DNA of 53,729 nucleotides, taken from assembly GCF_001194135.2 (NCBI RefSeq), contig NC_068991.1, positions 74,151,398 to 74,205,126 of the forward strand. The letters are read 5' to 3'. The number at the start of each line of letters is the position of its first letter. The first letter of the stretch is position 1. This document shows positions 1-11,560 of this stretch, one piece after another. The translations under genes were made by a program, and so were the position numbers. The notes below the pieces were generated by a model. That model saw only the letters and a program-made list of their open reading frames with translations, was not told where the DNA came from and made no database searches. Source of the DNA: Octopus bimaculoides. Taxonomy: Eukaryota.

Positions 1-114
1 TTTTTTTTTTTTAACCTTTTTGATGTGCCTTTTCTTGTACCATTTGTCTACTTCCATGAAACCCTGTTCTGTGGAGTGGTGTTCTGATTTCAGTCCCATG
101 CATACAAATCTATC

Positions 115-156
<42 letters not shown>

Positions 157-844
157 TGTATACATGTGTATGAGTTATGTTAGCAGTCAATACAGTTTTG
201 TCGTTTCAAGCATTTGTTCTCAGTCTTAGCTTCCTTGTCTCTAGTTTCCATTCTGCTCTTGTTTCTGACTTATGTCTGTGTCACTGGTGACTGCTCTCAA
301 CTGATATTCTTCTTTGTATCAGAATGTGCATACAATAACAGTATAAACTTATATATGTATATATACACACGTGTGTGTGTGTGTGTGTGCACTCAGACAC
401 ACACACATTGTAATGGTGCACTTTGGTTAACGTAACAGATAACTAAATCAATGGCGTGCTGCTTAAATTCTTCATGTGTGTTTTTAAAGTTTAATTTCGT
501 TTTAGTAACATAGAATTAGGAACTGTGTGTCTTTGTGTCCTTCTTTTCCTTTTCTCTTGTTAGAAATATTTTGGTTGCAGTAGGATCGCTTAAATGACCT
601 GCATACTTTCGCAGGATAAAATCATTGGGCGAAAGGATCAGTGTAGTTAAAAAGGAAGCAAAAAAAACGTATAACGAAATTCTTTGTGTTTGTGTCTTGT
701 TGATAGAAGCCATGGTTTAACCTGTAGGTGGGCTTCTTTTAATGTTGTCCCTTCAATTAAGTTATTCTGTCGACCTGTTATTTGTTTGTAGTCGACTTCT
801 TTGTCTGCATGGAATTTCATTTTATGTGAAGTGATTTTGAGGTA

Positions 845-992
845 GAGTTGTGGCTGTGTGGTGAAGAATTTTGCTTCCCAACCATATGGTTCCTGGTTCA
901 GTCTCACTGCATGACATCTTGGGAAAGTGTTTGGCCAACCAAAGCCTTGAAGCCTTCTGAGTAGATTTGGTAGATAGAAACTGAAAGAAGCC
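845..992 (+). mobile_element. SINE family A 5' half
   Basis: Diverged match to the family A head and body. Confidence 0.75.
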
Positions 993-1191
993 TTATTGTT
1001 TGTTTGTATATATGTTTAGTTATAATAAAAACAATTTTTTGTTAATCTGATGGATTACCCCACACTTTTGTAGAGGACAAATTTCTTATCCTTCAACAAA
1101 ATAATATATTGATAGTGAATTCAAAGTTTTGGTCAGCTAAGCCACTTACACAAATAAAGAGATATATATATGTGTGTGTATGTATATATGC

Positions 1192-1222
<31 letters not shown>

Positions 1223-1801
1223 CGTGTCTATCTATCTATCAATCAATATATATATGTATATATATATATATATATATAAATATATAAATATGTATGTCTT
1301 TATTTGTGTGAGTAAATTTGTATCCCACCTGTCTTTGTGTGTGTGTTTGCTGGTTGTAAAGAAAGGTTTAGCTGTTCAGATGGTGTCTTTTGCTTGCAGT
1401 CTGCTGTGAAAGGTGAAAGCATGTCCTGTCTTTTTGGCATGTGGCACGATTTCTGTAAACAAAAGGCTCGTTGATAAGGTGTCGTTTATTCTCAATTTTC
1501 TGTATAACTATGTCTGGATTGTGTTGTTCAGTAGACTGAGAGATTCTGACTTTGTTTCGAAACAGGTGGGAGTTTTCGTCAGGAATGGGGTCCTGCTGTA
1601 GAAAACTTTGCCTTAGCGTATATACCCTCATCTGATCCCGTACAAGTATGTAAAAATAGGAATTAAAATTATGAAAAATTTTAAGCATTTTTTTGAGTAA
1701 TTCAACTCTTTTGGAAACATAATCACTGATATTTTCTGATAAACACAACAACACAAATGAAATTGGCTTTCCCCTTTTTTTTTTTTGTTTCTTTCCATCA
1801 G

Positions 1802-1893
1802 ATGAAAATGTATCGCGGAGAAAAGATCCTGTGCACGAAGTGTGTGAAGACCTTAAAGTAAAAATTGCCGACTTAGGAAATGCATGTTGGGTT
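1802..1893 (+). CDS. SRPK: SR-protein kinase, internal exon (end of spacer plus DLG motif)
   Basis: Polypyrimidine-CAG acceptor ends at 1801; GTAAGT donor at 1894. Reads (D)ENVSRRKDPVHEVCEDLKVKIADLGNACWV, containing the SRPK-specific KIADLGNACW motif. Phase 1 in, phase 0 out. Confidence 0.95.
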
Positions 1894-2040
1894 GTAAGTA
1901 TTTCAACCGTTTTGCTTTGGGTAACTCTTGTTTGAAGTACAGTCCTTTTTCTTTTTCTTTTTTCTAATTAACTTTCCAACAATAATGAAGAATTTTGGAA
2001 AATAACTCTTGACAGTATTAAGATGTTAAGAAAAAGAATA

Positions 2041-2200
2041 AGGCAGTACTGGCAACGGCCACACTCAAAATGGTGTATTTTACGTGCCACCTGCACAGGA
2101 GCCAGTCCAGCGGCACTGGCAATGGTCTCGCTCGAATGACTTTTCAAGTGCCAGGAAGGCAACGCTGGTAATGATCACGCTCGAACAGTGGTGCCATCAC
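2041..2200 (-). mobile_element. RTE 3'UTR subrepeat fragment
   Basis: Matches 11310-11450 and the reverse complement of 52540-52680. Confidence 0.65.
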
Positions 2201-2232
2201 GATTTCGCAAGCAGAGTTTAGTGTCCTGAATT

Positions 2233-2665
2233 CTGATAGTTTAAACCCAGCAGCATTCAGCTTATTCTGTTAAATGTAAGGCTTATTCATTCCCCTTGTT
2301 TTGAATATTAATCAAGCATTATCTTGTGGCTTTGAGATTTGGATAATGGGATTATTCAGTTTTTGAAAGACCATTGTAAAGTAGGTGTGAAATGCTACAC
2401 CTGATTGGTTTTGAACATAAAAGGGAGACAGAATATTAGGGGCTGGATATGGCTGGTTTAACCTCTTAGCATTCAGATTTCTCTGTCAAAAGTAATGCTT
2501 AATTCATTAACATTGTTTTAAATTAACCATTCATTATCTTGTAGCTTCAAAATTTCAATGATGTAATTGTTTATTTCTAGAATGTTGTTGTAAGATAGGT
2601 GTGAGAGGTTGGATCTGGGCAGTTTCAACATAAAAAAGGTAAAATATTTGGGGCCGGATATGATG
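2233..2665 (+). mobile_element. Two tandem piggyBac-like MITE copies joined at TTAA 2458-2461
   Basis: Repeated TTAA(A)CC..TAGCATTCAG start and GAATATT.GGG.C.GGATATG end. Confidence 0.65.
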
Positions 2666-2723
2666 TGGGGCACAAATGAATCTGAGTTGAAATTGATTTC
2701 TGATGTTTCCCCTTTTCTTTTAG

Positions 2724-2849
<126 letters not shown>

Positions 2850-3299
2850 TAGCACCTTATAAAACAGACTTTGGAATATCTTAGGGATCTGTGGATGGAC
2901 CTTTTCATGCATTCCTTTGGAATATTTTAAGGGTCAGTTGATAGACCTTTTCACACATCTCTTGGTATATTTTAAGGATTTATCGATGGATCGTTTCTAC
3001 ATTCCTTGGTTTATTTGCAGATTGGTAGACCTTTTTGCACATCCACTGGAATATTTTAACAATCTGTTGATGGGCCATATAGCATAAGTTACTGTCTTTT
3101 TTTTCCTAATTGCAAAATGAATTTCTGAACCACAGCCACGAGAAATTTGCTCAGACATTCAAGTAAAGACTTCTCATAAGTGGAGGGAAAGTAAGAAACT
3201 GCCTCCTGTCTTAAGAGTTTATAGTTATCGACAACTTCATTTTATTTCACACAAGCTTCAGTTTTACTTTCTTTGGAAGCAAGTTCATTTTTTTCACTT

Positions 3300-3700
3300 C
3301 CAGTGCAGCCTTCTGGCTTGCCAGTCCTCAGTCAAACCGTCCAACCCATGCCAGCATGGAAAGTGAACGTTAAACGACAAAGACGATGATGATAAGCAGT
3401 GCAGCAAACAAAATTAAATCACCATCATTTAACGTCCGTCTTCCATGCTGGCATGGATTGGATGGTTTTACTGAGGACTGGCAAGCTAGGAGGCTGCACC
3501 AGGTTCCAATCTGATCTAGCATGGTTTCTAAAGCTGGATGCCCTTCCTAACATCAACCATTCCAAGAGTGTAGTGTGTGCTTTTTATGTGCCACCGGCAC
3601 GGAGGCCAGTCAGGCGGAACTGGCATTGATCACGCTCAAATGGTGCTTTTTACGTGCTGGTAGCATGGGAACCAGTCAGGCAGTGCTGGCAACAATCATC
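3300..3700. mobile_element. Two RTE 3'UTR fragments tail-to-tail (+ 3300-3395; - 3418-3700) in an SRPK intron
   Basis: Shared CCTCAGTCAAA..CCATGC.AGCATGGAAA..GTTAAA.GATGAT motif in both orientations. Confidence 0.8.
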
Positions 3701-3804
3701 TGGCTTAAAGATTCTTCCCCAATTCCCATCTTTGCATAAGCCCTGCTAATATGGGGCCAAAAAAAGGAAGAGAAAACGATGTTCTGAACTGACAATGTAC
3801 ATAA

Positions 3805-4098
<294 letters not shown>

Positions 4099-4375
4099 TG
4101 ATTTAAAAGATATGGCACTGCAGTGGTGGAAAAAATGCCTTGCGGTATTTTAGTTCTTTACATTCTTGGTTCAAATCCAGTTGAGGTCATCTCAGCCTTT
4201 CATTTCACTGGTTAGGAGAGGGATGACAAAATAAGGTACCTTTTAAGAACTGGGGTTGATTTGACTAATTCTGCCCATTATTACTGGTTTTGTGTGTAAA
4301 TGAGAAACAATTATTAATCAATGGGGACCTAACAGATTTCAATTAATGAGCCATTTTGCTTTTATTTAATTCTGA

Positions 4376-4609
<234 letters not shown>

Positions 4610-5886
4610 CAATGGGGTGGTTGGTGGACTGCAATTTTCATACCACCACCTTTTCCCCCCTCCCAAACAATTAAATTTAAACAAAAAAAAAAAATCCTGC
4701 AAAATAAATTACAGAACGTCTCAACTGTGTTAACCATCCTTCCACCATCACCAGCATGACCAACTAACCTTTTTTTTTTTTTAATTTATTTTCCATGTAT
4801 ATAAGGTTGTTCTTTTCTCTTCTCTTTCCGTTATGTTCCTCTACCTGCTGCATTTTTTTCTCTCTCTAATGCCCCATAGCAGTTAGTGTTGGTAATGTCT
4901 TGCTGCTGATGCAGCTTAGATACAGAGAAAACTGAAGCTCTGGCTTGCTTCTACTCGCCATTCAATATTAAATAAAGTGGTCTTAAAGAACAGATCTGTT
5001 TTCTTTGGTCTTGTGCTGCTGCCAGACAAGTTTTCCCTGAGAAAGAAGTTGTTAGGGAGGGGGGAAGATACCTTAAAAAAATAATAGATGATATAATGTG
5101 GAAAAGAAAAGGCGTATTTCCTTCATTGAAGCCTCTCTTATTGACCATCTTGTGTCTGTCTCTCTCTCCTACACAGACAAAGTCTATGCAATGATGTAGA
5201 TAATACCGTTTTCACTGTTGCACATTTCTAAAAAGGCTTCTAAGATTAGTGTCTCTTCCTCACTGCTGTCATCTTAGTTCTGAGTGCCATTGTTTAAATA
5301 TCTCTACCTTACCGTTTATGAAGATTATGACCATCATCATTATTATCACCATCATTATATTATTATAATTATGATTATTCCAGTATTTTTTTGGGGGGGG
5401 GGAGGTTGGGGAATGGCCTCAAATCCACATGAAGTCTTGTTGGCTCCAGTACTTAAATAAAAAAAAAAGCATCTTTTGTAGTAGTCTTTTGGGATGGGAG
5501 ATAATGTCTCACTAGTTTCTTTATTTTGCAGGAATCAGTTTTCGAAATAAAAAGTATTTTTCATATTTCTGAAGATCGGTCTTTTTGAAGTGTTGCAGTT
5601 TATTTGAGAAAGAGAAAAGGTGGGGTGAGGGGGAAGCCTTCCTCCCCGGCCAGGAAGAAAAACAAACAAACACGTGTAATTTTTGGAGATATTTAAATTT
5701 AATAACATAATTGTACAGTAAATAAAAAGAAGTGGAATGGGGAAGCTTAGCGATAAGGATAAATATATCGTAAAGAAGATGGGTGATAAAAATTTAGCTT
5801 TGTTGTTGAGACTCAACTTGAGAAGCATTACAACAGAACAGAAAGAGCATTGATCTAGACAAAGATAGGAAGTTTTTATACAATTG

Positions 5887-5906
5887 AATAAAAATGTGCA
5901 TTTATT
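5887..5906. terminator. Candidate back-to-back poly(A) signals (+ AATAAA 5887-5892; - AATAAA 5901-5906)
   Basis: Sequence AATAAAAATGTGCATTTATT lies between the two convergent stop codons. Alternative + signals at 4971, 5456 and 5721; alternative - signals at 4785 and 5520. Confidence 0.4.
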
Positions 5907-6199
5907 GAAAATGATTTAATAGTATATATAGGACAGTGTTTAGAAAAACTTAACAGATGCGCTAATTTTTTTTTGTTTGTAGTTATTGATGAGCATTTCT
6001 TTAAAGTTTTTTGGGTTTTTTAATATATATATGTGTGTGTGTGTATATATATATATGTTGCAGGGAAAGGCACCCAATTGCCAAGAACAAAAGGTCTGGA
6101 ATTTTGGATCTTTGTTAGGTTGATGGAGTAGGGAGACAAAAAACAAATTGTAATAATAATAATTGCAACATGAAGGGGTTTTTTTTTTGCTTTTGTTTT

Positions 6200-6376
6200 T
6201 TATTCTTCTTGGATTGAATTACTAGTATTCAGCTCGATATCCAGTGCCATGAGGCAAGCAAATATCGTTAGGATCATTTTGGGTTTCACTTCCACAATGT
6301 CCTCAGGTAAGGCATAAACACGGGCTCCTATTTTGCGGGACATTGAGATGGCATATTTAGCGTTGTCGTGACGATC
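6200..6376 (-). CDS. PLS: Plastin/fimbrin terminal exon (end of CH4)
   Basis: CAG acceptor 6379-6377. Reads [58 protein letters not shown], the plastin C-terminal signature. Confidence 0.97.
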   Translation of the reverse strand, partial: DRHDNAKYAISMSRKIGARVYALPEDIVEVKPKMILTIFACLMALDIELNTSNSIQEE

Positions 6377-6691
6377 CTGCAAAAAGAAATAAAAGAGGAT
6401 GTTTAGTGACAATCAATTAAGGGAAATAAACTTAAGAATTGTTTCTCTATTCTATATTTAAACCCTTTTGTTACCATATTTCTTTTGAGATGCTTTGTTA
6501 TATTTAAAATAATTGAAAGAAACACAAAGAATTTAGTTAAATAACTTAGTTATCATTAAACTGGTGTTAGGAACATAAATTGTGACTAGGGTTTGGTGGA
6601 AGATTTTAATTTAATTCAGAACTTATGAAGAGATTTTCTAACAGACACAGCATCAGGTCTCCTTTCAAAAGTGTATGAAAATATATGTAAA

Positions 6692-6778
6692 GATGGCTGT
6701 GTGGTAGGTAGCTTGCTTACCAACCACATAGTTCCGGGTTCAGTCCCACTGCGTGGCACCTTGGGCAAGTGTCTTCTA
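6692..6778 (+). mobile_element. SINE family A head, running into gap
   Basis: tRNA-like head GGCTGTGTGG..GGTTCAGTCCC followed by CCTTGGGCAAGTGTCTTCTA. Confidence 0.85.
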
Positions 6779-7330
6779 NNNNNNNNNNNNNNNNNNNNNN
6801 NNNNNNNNNNNNNNNNNNNNNNNNNNNNNNNNNNNNNNNNNNNNNNNNNNNNNNNNNNNNNNNNNNNNNNNNNNNNNNNNNNNNNNNNNNNNNNNNNNNN
6901 NNNNNNNNNNNNNNNNNNNNNNNNNNNNNNNNNNNNNNNNNNNNNNNNNNNNNNNNNNNNNNNNNNNNNNNNNNNNNNNNNNNNNNNNNNNNNNNNNNNN
7001 NNNNNNNNNNNNNNNNNNNNNNNNNNNNNNNNNNNNNNNNNNNNNNNNNNNNNNNNNNNNNNNNNNNNNNNNNNNNNNNNNNNNNNNNNNNNNNNNNNNN
7101 NNNNNNNNNNNNNNNNNNNNNNNNNNNNNNNNNNNNNNNNNNNNNNNNNNNNNNNNNNNNNNNNNNNNNNNNNNNNNNNNNNNNNNNNNNNNNNNNNNNN
7201 NNNNNNNNNNNNNNNNNNNNNNNNNNNNNNNNNNNNNNNNNNNNNNNNNNNNNNNNNNNNNNNNNNNNNNNNNNNNNNNNNNNNNNNNNNNNNNNNNNNN
7301 NNNNNNNNNNNNNNNNNNNNNNNNNNNNNN
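6779..7330. other. Assembly gap containing part of the plastin CH4 coding sequence
   Basis: N-run. Other gaps: 13269-13731, 18336-18459, 26893-26938, 35515-36161, 44232-44387, 45372-45471, 46201-46417, 47963-48045, 52681-52758. Confidence 0.95.
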
Positions 7331-7443
7331 TGCCCAGTGAATAATATCTTTTTCTCCAATATCTCTGTTTCCCATATTAGAAGAACTTGTTAATTTGCGG
7401 AGGATGGAAAGCGTGTAGGCTCTCATCAATTGCCACACAACAG
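7331..7443 (-). CDS. PLS: Plastin exon (CH3/CH4 junction), 3' part lost in gap 6779-7330
   Basis: CAG acceptor 7446-7444. Reads (A)VVWQLMRAYTLSILRKLTSSSNMGNRDIGEKDIIHWA, then N-run. Confidence 0.92.
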
Positions 7444-7496
7444 CTGTAAAGGGAAAGAAATTTGTAATTAGGGGTCACTCAGAAAGGTTGATATGT

Positions 7497-7795
7497 TACT
7501 CTTACTTGTTTCAGTCATTTGACTGTGGCCATGTTGGAGCACCGCCTTTAGTCGAGCAAATCGACCCCAGGACTATTCTTTGTAAGCCGAGTACTTATTC
7601 TATTGGTCTCTTTTGCCGAACCGCTAAGTTACGGGGACGTAAACACACCAGCATCGGTTGTCAAGCGATGTTGGGGGGACAAACACAGACACACCAGCAC
7701 ATACATATATACGACGGGCTTCTTTCAGGTGCCATGCAGTGGGACTGAACCCGGAAACGTGGTTGGTAAGCAAGCTACTTACCACACAGCCCCTC
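7497..7795 (-). mobile_element. SINE family A
   Basis: Matches 9697-10051 and 49584-49970, with an internal deletion. Confidence 0.9.
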
Positions 7796-7799
7796 CTGC

Positions 7800-8600
7800 G
7801 CCTGTTGGTTACAAATTTGTGGGGAGGGACTAAATCAATCATATTGACCCTGAATGGTTGAAAGACCAAGTCAACCTTGGCGGAATTTGAACACGGAACA
7901 TAAAGACAGACAAAATGTTGCTTCGCATTTTGCCCAGAATGCTAGCAATTATGCCAGCTCGATGCCTTTATAAAAAATTTAATATAATATATTCTTTTCT
8001 ACTCTTGGTACAAGGCCTGAAAACTATATATTTTGAACGGGAATTTGGCAGCGCCACCTCTAGCTGAACAAGCATTCTATGCTGATGAAGGGAAATAATC
8101 CGGAAATCGTGATACACAGATATTGTTTTGAGCTGAGTGGGGGTGCTAGATTCCCTTGTTCGAAAATATAAGGAAAGGCACAAGGCCCAAAATTTTGAGG
8201 AAGGGGTAGTTGATTATATCAACCCCAGTACATGACTGGTACTCATTTCATCAAGGACGTAAAGCAAAGTAAACCTTGGCGAAATTTGAACTCAGTACAT
8301 AAAGACAGACGAAATACCACAAAGCTCTTTGCTTGGTGGGCTAACAGTTCTGCCACTTTGCCCACTGCATTACCAATGATAATAATAATGGTTTCAAATT
8401 TTGCTACAACGACAGCAGTTTTTGGCGGGGAGAGGATGAGTCGATTACATCAAACCCCAATATTCAGCTGGTACTTATTTTATTGACCCCAAAAGGATGA
8501 AAAGTAAAGTCGACCTTGGTGGAATTTGAACTCAGAACATAATGGCACTAAGCATTTTGCCCGGCATGCTAACAATTCTGCCAGCTTGCAGAATGATAAT
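7800..8600 (-). mobile_element. Cluster of three SINE family C copies (about 7800-7965, 8165-8365, 8385-8600)
   Basis: Shared GAAAGG.AAAGTCGACCT.GGCGGAATTTGAACTCAGAAC motif; on the minus strand the B-box-like GAGTTCAAATTCC. Confidence 0.8.
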
Positions 8601-8634
8601 AATAGAGGTTTATATTCGACTCTTTGATACTTAC

Positions 8635-8733
8635 CAAGTGTCAGTATTTTGTTTTGGCCAATATCAGAACCACAGATTCCAACTGTTGAGAATTTCATTT
8701 CTTTTCCAAGACCAACAGCATAATTACAGTTTG
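8635..8733 (-). CDS. PLS: Plastin exon (CH3)
   Basis: CAG acceptor, GTAAGT donor. Reads (S)NCNYAVGLGKEMKFSTVGICGSDIGQNKILTL; 99 nt, phase 1/1. Confidence 0.95.
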
Positions 8734-9246
8734 CTGCAAAAAGACAATAAGAAACAGGTAAAAATGTCATCATTCAACAACTGACAATGGTGTAATTATT
8801 GAACCATGGAATTTTTTGCTTCTTAAATACACCAACATTAAACAGAACAGTATGCAATGCTTTAGATGAGGTTAAACTGCACATTGCTTTTGGGAAACCT
8901 CTTAACAGGTCTTTGGAAACAAGAGTCGGAAACTACAATTCAAGCTAGTGTTAGGAACATAAATTGTGACTAAGGTTTGGTGGAAGATTTTTAATTCAAA
9001 ACTAGGACCAGTATTAGGGTATTTATCAAGAAATGGACTTTATACTATAATACTTAAAGATGGTTGAACAGGATTCAAAGAATCAAGACCATGTCTCCCA
9101 GCAATGCCTCATTTTTGGAATGATTTCTACAGCTGAATGCCCTTCCTAACACCAATCACTTTATAACCATCACTACAGAGTTAGCCTTGGCATCAGCCAG
9201 AGAGTAAAGAGTCCCCTCGGTCCTGTGTTTTCATGGAAATACTTAC

Positions 9247-9423
9247 AGATCTTCTCAAAATTTCCTTTCATTTTGTTGAAGGTTTTGATCACGTTACTCC
9301 AGTCTACTATTCCACTGCTGACAATGTCAAAGAGTTGCAGCAGGACCAGGCCATCAGTCAAATCACTGTAGAGATTGTAAACAAATGGGTTGACACCAAC
9401 ACTGTTCATCCAGTTACGATAGG
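9247..9423 (-). CDS. PLS: Plastin exon (CH3)
   Basis: CAG acceptor, GTAAGT donor. Reads (T)YRNWMNSVGVNPFVYNLYSDLTDGLVLLQLFDIVSSGIVDWSNVIKTFNKMKGNFEKI; 177 nt. Confidence 0.97.
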
Positions 9424-9696
9424 CTGGAAGAGAAAAAGAAGAGGAAAACAAATGTTGAATACAAGACATTGGTACAGGAGATAAAAACATGGAAAAACAA
9501 GTTATCGAGAAAGAACCTCGACTTTAGCATTCAGATTTCTCTGTTTAAACGTGAAGCTTATTTATATACACAATCGTTTCGAATTAGATACATCTAAACG
9601 GATTTGTCATTTACTTTCTAAACAGCTTCATGTATTCCAACAGTTATCTCCCTTACTTCCAAACTGAAACAGCAGTGCGTGTGTGTGTATATATCT

Positions 9697-10051
9697 CCTT
9701 TACTCTTTTGACTGTGGCCATGCTGGAGCACCGCCTTTAGTCGAGCAAATCGACCCTAGGACTTATTCTTTAGAAGCCTAGTACTTATTCTATCGGTCTC
9801 TATTGCCGAACCGCTAAGTTACGGGGACATAAACACACCAGCATCGGTTGTCAAGCGATGTTAGGGGGACAAACACATACATATATACGACCGGCTTCTT
9901 TCAGTTTCCGTCTGCCAAATCCACTCACAAGGCTTTGGTCGGCCTGAGGCTATAGTAGAAGACAGTTGCCCAAGATGCCACGCAGTGGGACTGAACCTGG
10001 GACCATGTGGTTGGTAAGCAAGCTACTTACCACACAGCCACTCCTACGCCT
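9697..10051 (-). mobile_element. SINE family A, near full length
   Basis: tRNA-like head, central TA/CA tract, 3' body ...CCAGCATGGCC.CAGTC. Confidence 0.9.
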
Positions 10052-10069
10052 ATGTTATATATACATATA

Positions 10070-10245
10070 CCGGAGTAAGCACATAAATGTGAAATAAGGT
10101 GGAAAAAAAGAGTACTCAAATACTAGAGGTAGAGTAATACGCTTTATTTAAAAGCAGCAGAAATATAACAAAACTGTCCAATGAACGGGAACGCGAAACT
10201 CTGAATAACAGCTTTTGTTATATTTCTGCTGCTTTTAATAAAGTA
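10070..10245 (+). repeat. Long hairpin element enclosing a degenerate hammerhead-shaped core
   Basis: Inverted arms 10142-10177 and 10208-10243; 30-nt interior CCAATGA-ACGGGAACGC-GAAA-CTCTGAA-TA. Confidence 0.55.
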
Positions 10246-10689
10246 TATATATACATACATGCGTATAAGAAGGGATGACGACTAGGTGGACATCCAATAT
10301 GCTAGAAAGAGGTCATCAACGACCCAACCACAAAAGAAAAATCATGTTCTCCAGAAAAATTTTTTTTATATGCTGTTATATTTAGACATTACCATACAAA
10401 AATTTTATCCTCCATGATTATAGAGTGCTGAGAAGCATTCCTCTGGATGTATTTAATCCCCGTTTTCCTTCATTACATATATATATACATGTGTATATAT
10501 ATAGTTCAAATTTACAGAAAACAAAAGACAGGTGAGGGAACAACAAACAGGTGGATTCTTTTGATGCTCAGAAAGAATGGAAAAGTCTTTGATGTTTTGA
10601 GCCAACACTCTTTGACAGAAAGAATTGAGAGGAAAAAAAATGGGGTTAGAATTAAAAACTAAAAAAAAATAATAATGTTCATGTGTCCC

Positions 10690-10950
10690 TTGACTGGCCC
10701 CCGTGCTGGTGGCACGTAAAAAGCACTATCTGAACGTCTTCGATACCAGGCTCGCCTGACTGGCTCCTGTGCTGGTGGCACGTAAAAAGCACTCACTACA
10801 CTCTCAGAGTGGTTGGCATTAGGAAGGGCATCCAGCTGTAGTAACATTGCCAGATCAGATTGGAGCCTGGTGCAGCCACTGGCTCTCCAGACCTCAGTCA
10901 AATTGTCCAACTCATGCCAGCATGGAAAACGGATGTTAAACGATGATGAT
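10690..10950 (+). mobile_element. RTE 3'UTR fragment
   Basis: GTAAAAAGCAC..GGTTGGCATTAGGAAGGGCATCCAGCTGTAG..GATGATGAT tail. Confidence 0.85.
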
Positions 10951-10962
10951 ATATATATATGG

Positions 10963-11104
10963 GTATAATGGGATGCTGAAAAGTTCCTGGCTTTAAGGGT
11001 ATCATGAAAGGCCTAGTTGGAGGTCCAACTTCCTGAGTTCTTTTATAGGGCTTAGAGAAACTGAAGAACTGCTGCAATAAGTGTGAGAATCTGAGAAGGG
11101 AATA
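10963..11104 (+). mobile_element. Mariner-derived MITE fragment
   Basis: GCTGAAAAGTTCCTGG end shared with 17288-17303; residual transposase-like C-terminus CNKCENLRREY. Confidence 0.6.
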
Positions 11105-11475
11105 TCATCATCATCATCATTTAATGTCCGCTTTCCATGCTAGCATGGGTTGGACGATTTGACTGAGGACTGGTGAAACCAGATGGCTACACCAGGCTCC
11201 AATCTGATCTGGCAGAGTTTCTACAGCTGGATGCCCTTCCTAACGCCAACCACCCCGAGAGTGTAGTGGGTGCTTTTACGTGCCACTGGGATGAAGGCCA
11301 GTCAGGCGGTACTGGCAATGGCCATGCTCAAAATGGTGTATTTTATGTGCCACCTGCAGTCCAGCGGCACTGGCAACGATCTCGCTCGAACGACTTTTCA
11401 CGTGCCAGGAATGCGATGCTGGTAACTATCACGCTCGAACGGTGCTCTTAGCACTCCACTGGTACAGGTGCCAAC
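11105..11475 (-). mobile_element. RTE 3'UTR fragment
   Basis: Reverse complement of the family consensus seen at 52760-52995. Confidence 0.85.
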
Positions 11476-11560
11476 AAAAAAATATAGCAAAACTGGAGTG
11501 GGGGGAGAATAAACATCGCCAGTGAAAATCAATGAAATGGTGAAATGGTTATAAACCTAC

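Noticed and set aside
1-1800. Additional upstream SRPK exons
   Set aside because: Candidate acceptors at about 563, 580 and 614 give stops or unrecognisable peptides. Spacer-domain exons are poorly conserved, so one could be missed.
6616-7438. Long ORFs spanning N-runs (also near 13.2, 35.3, 44.2, 46.0 and 52.3 kb)
   Set aside because: Their length comes from X residues. Only the plastin portion 7331-7443 and the RTE-derived sequence near 52.3 kb are real.
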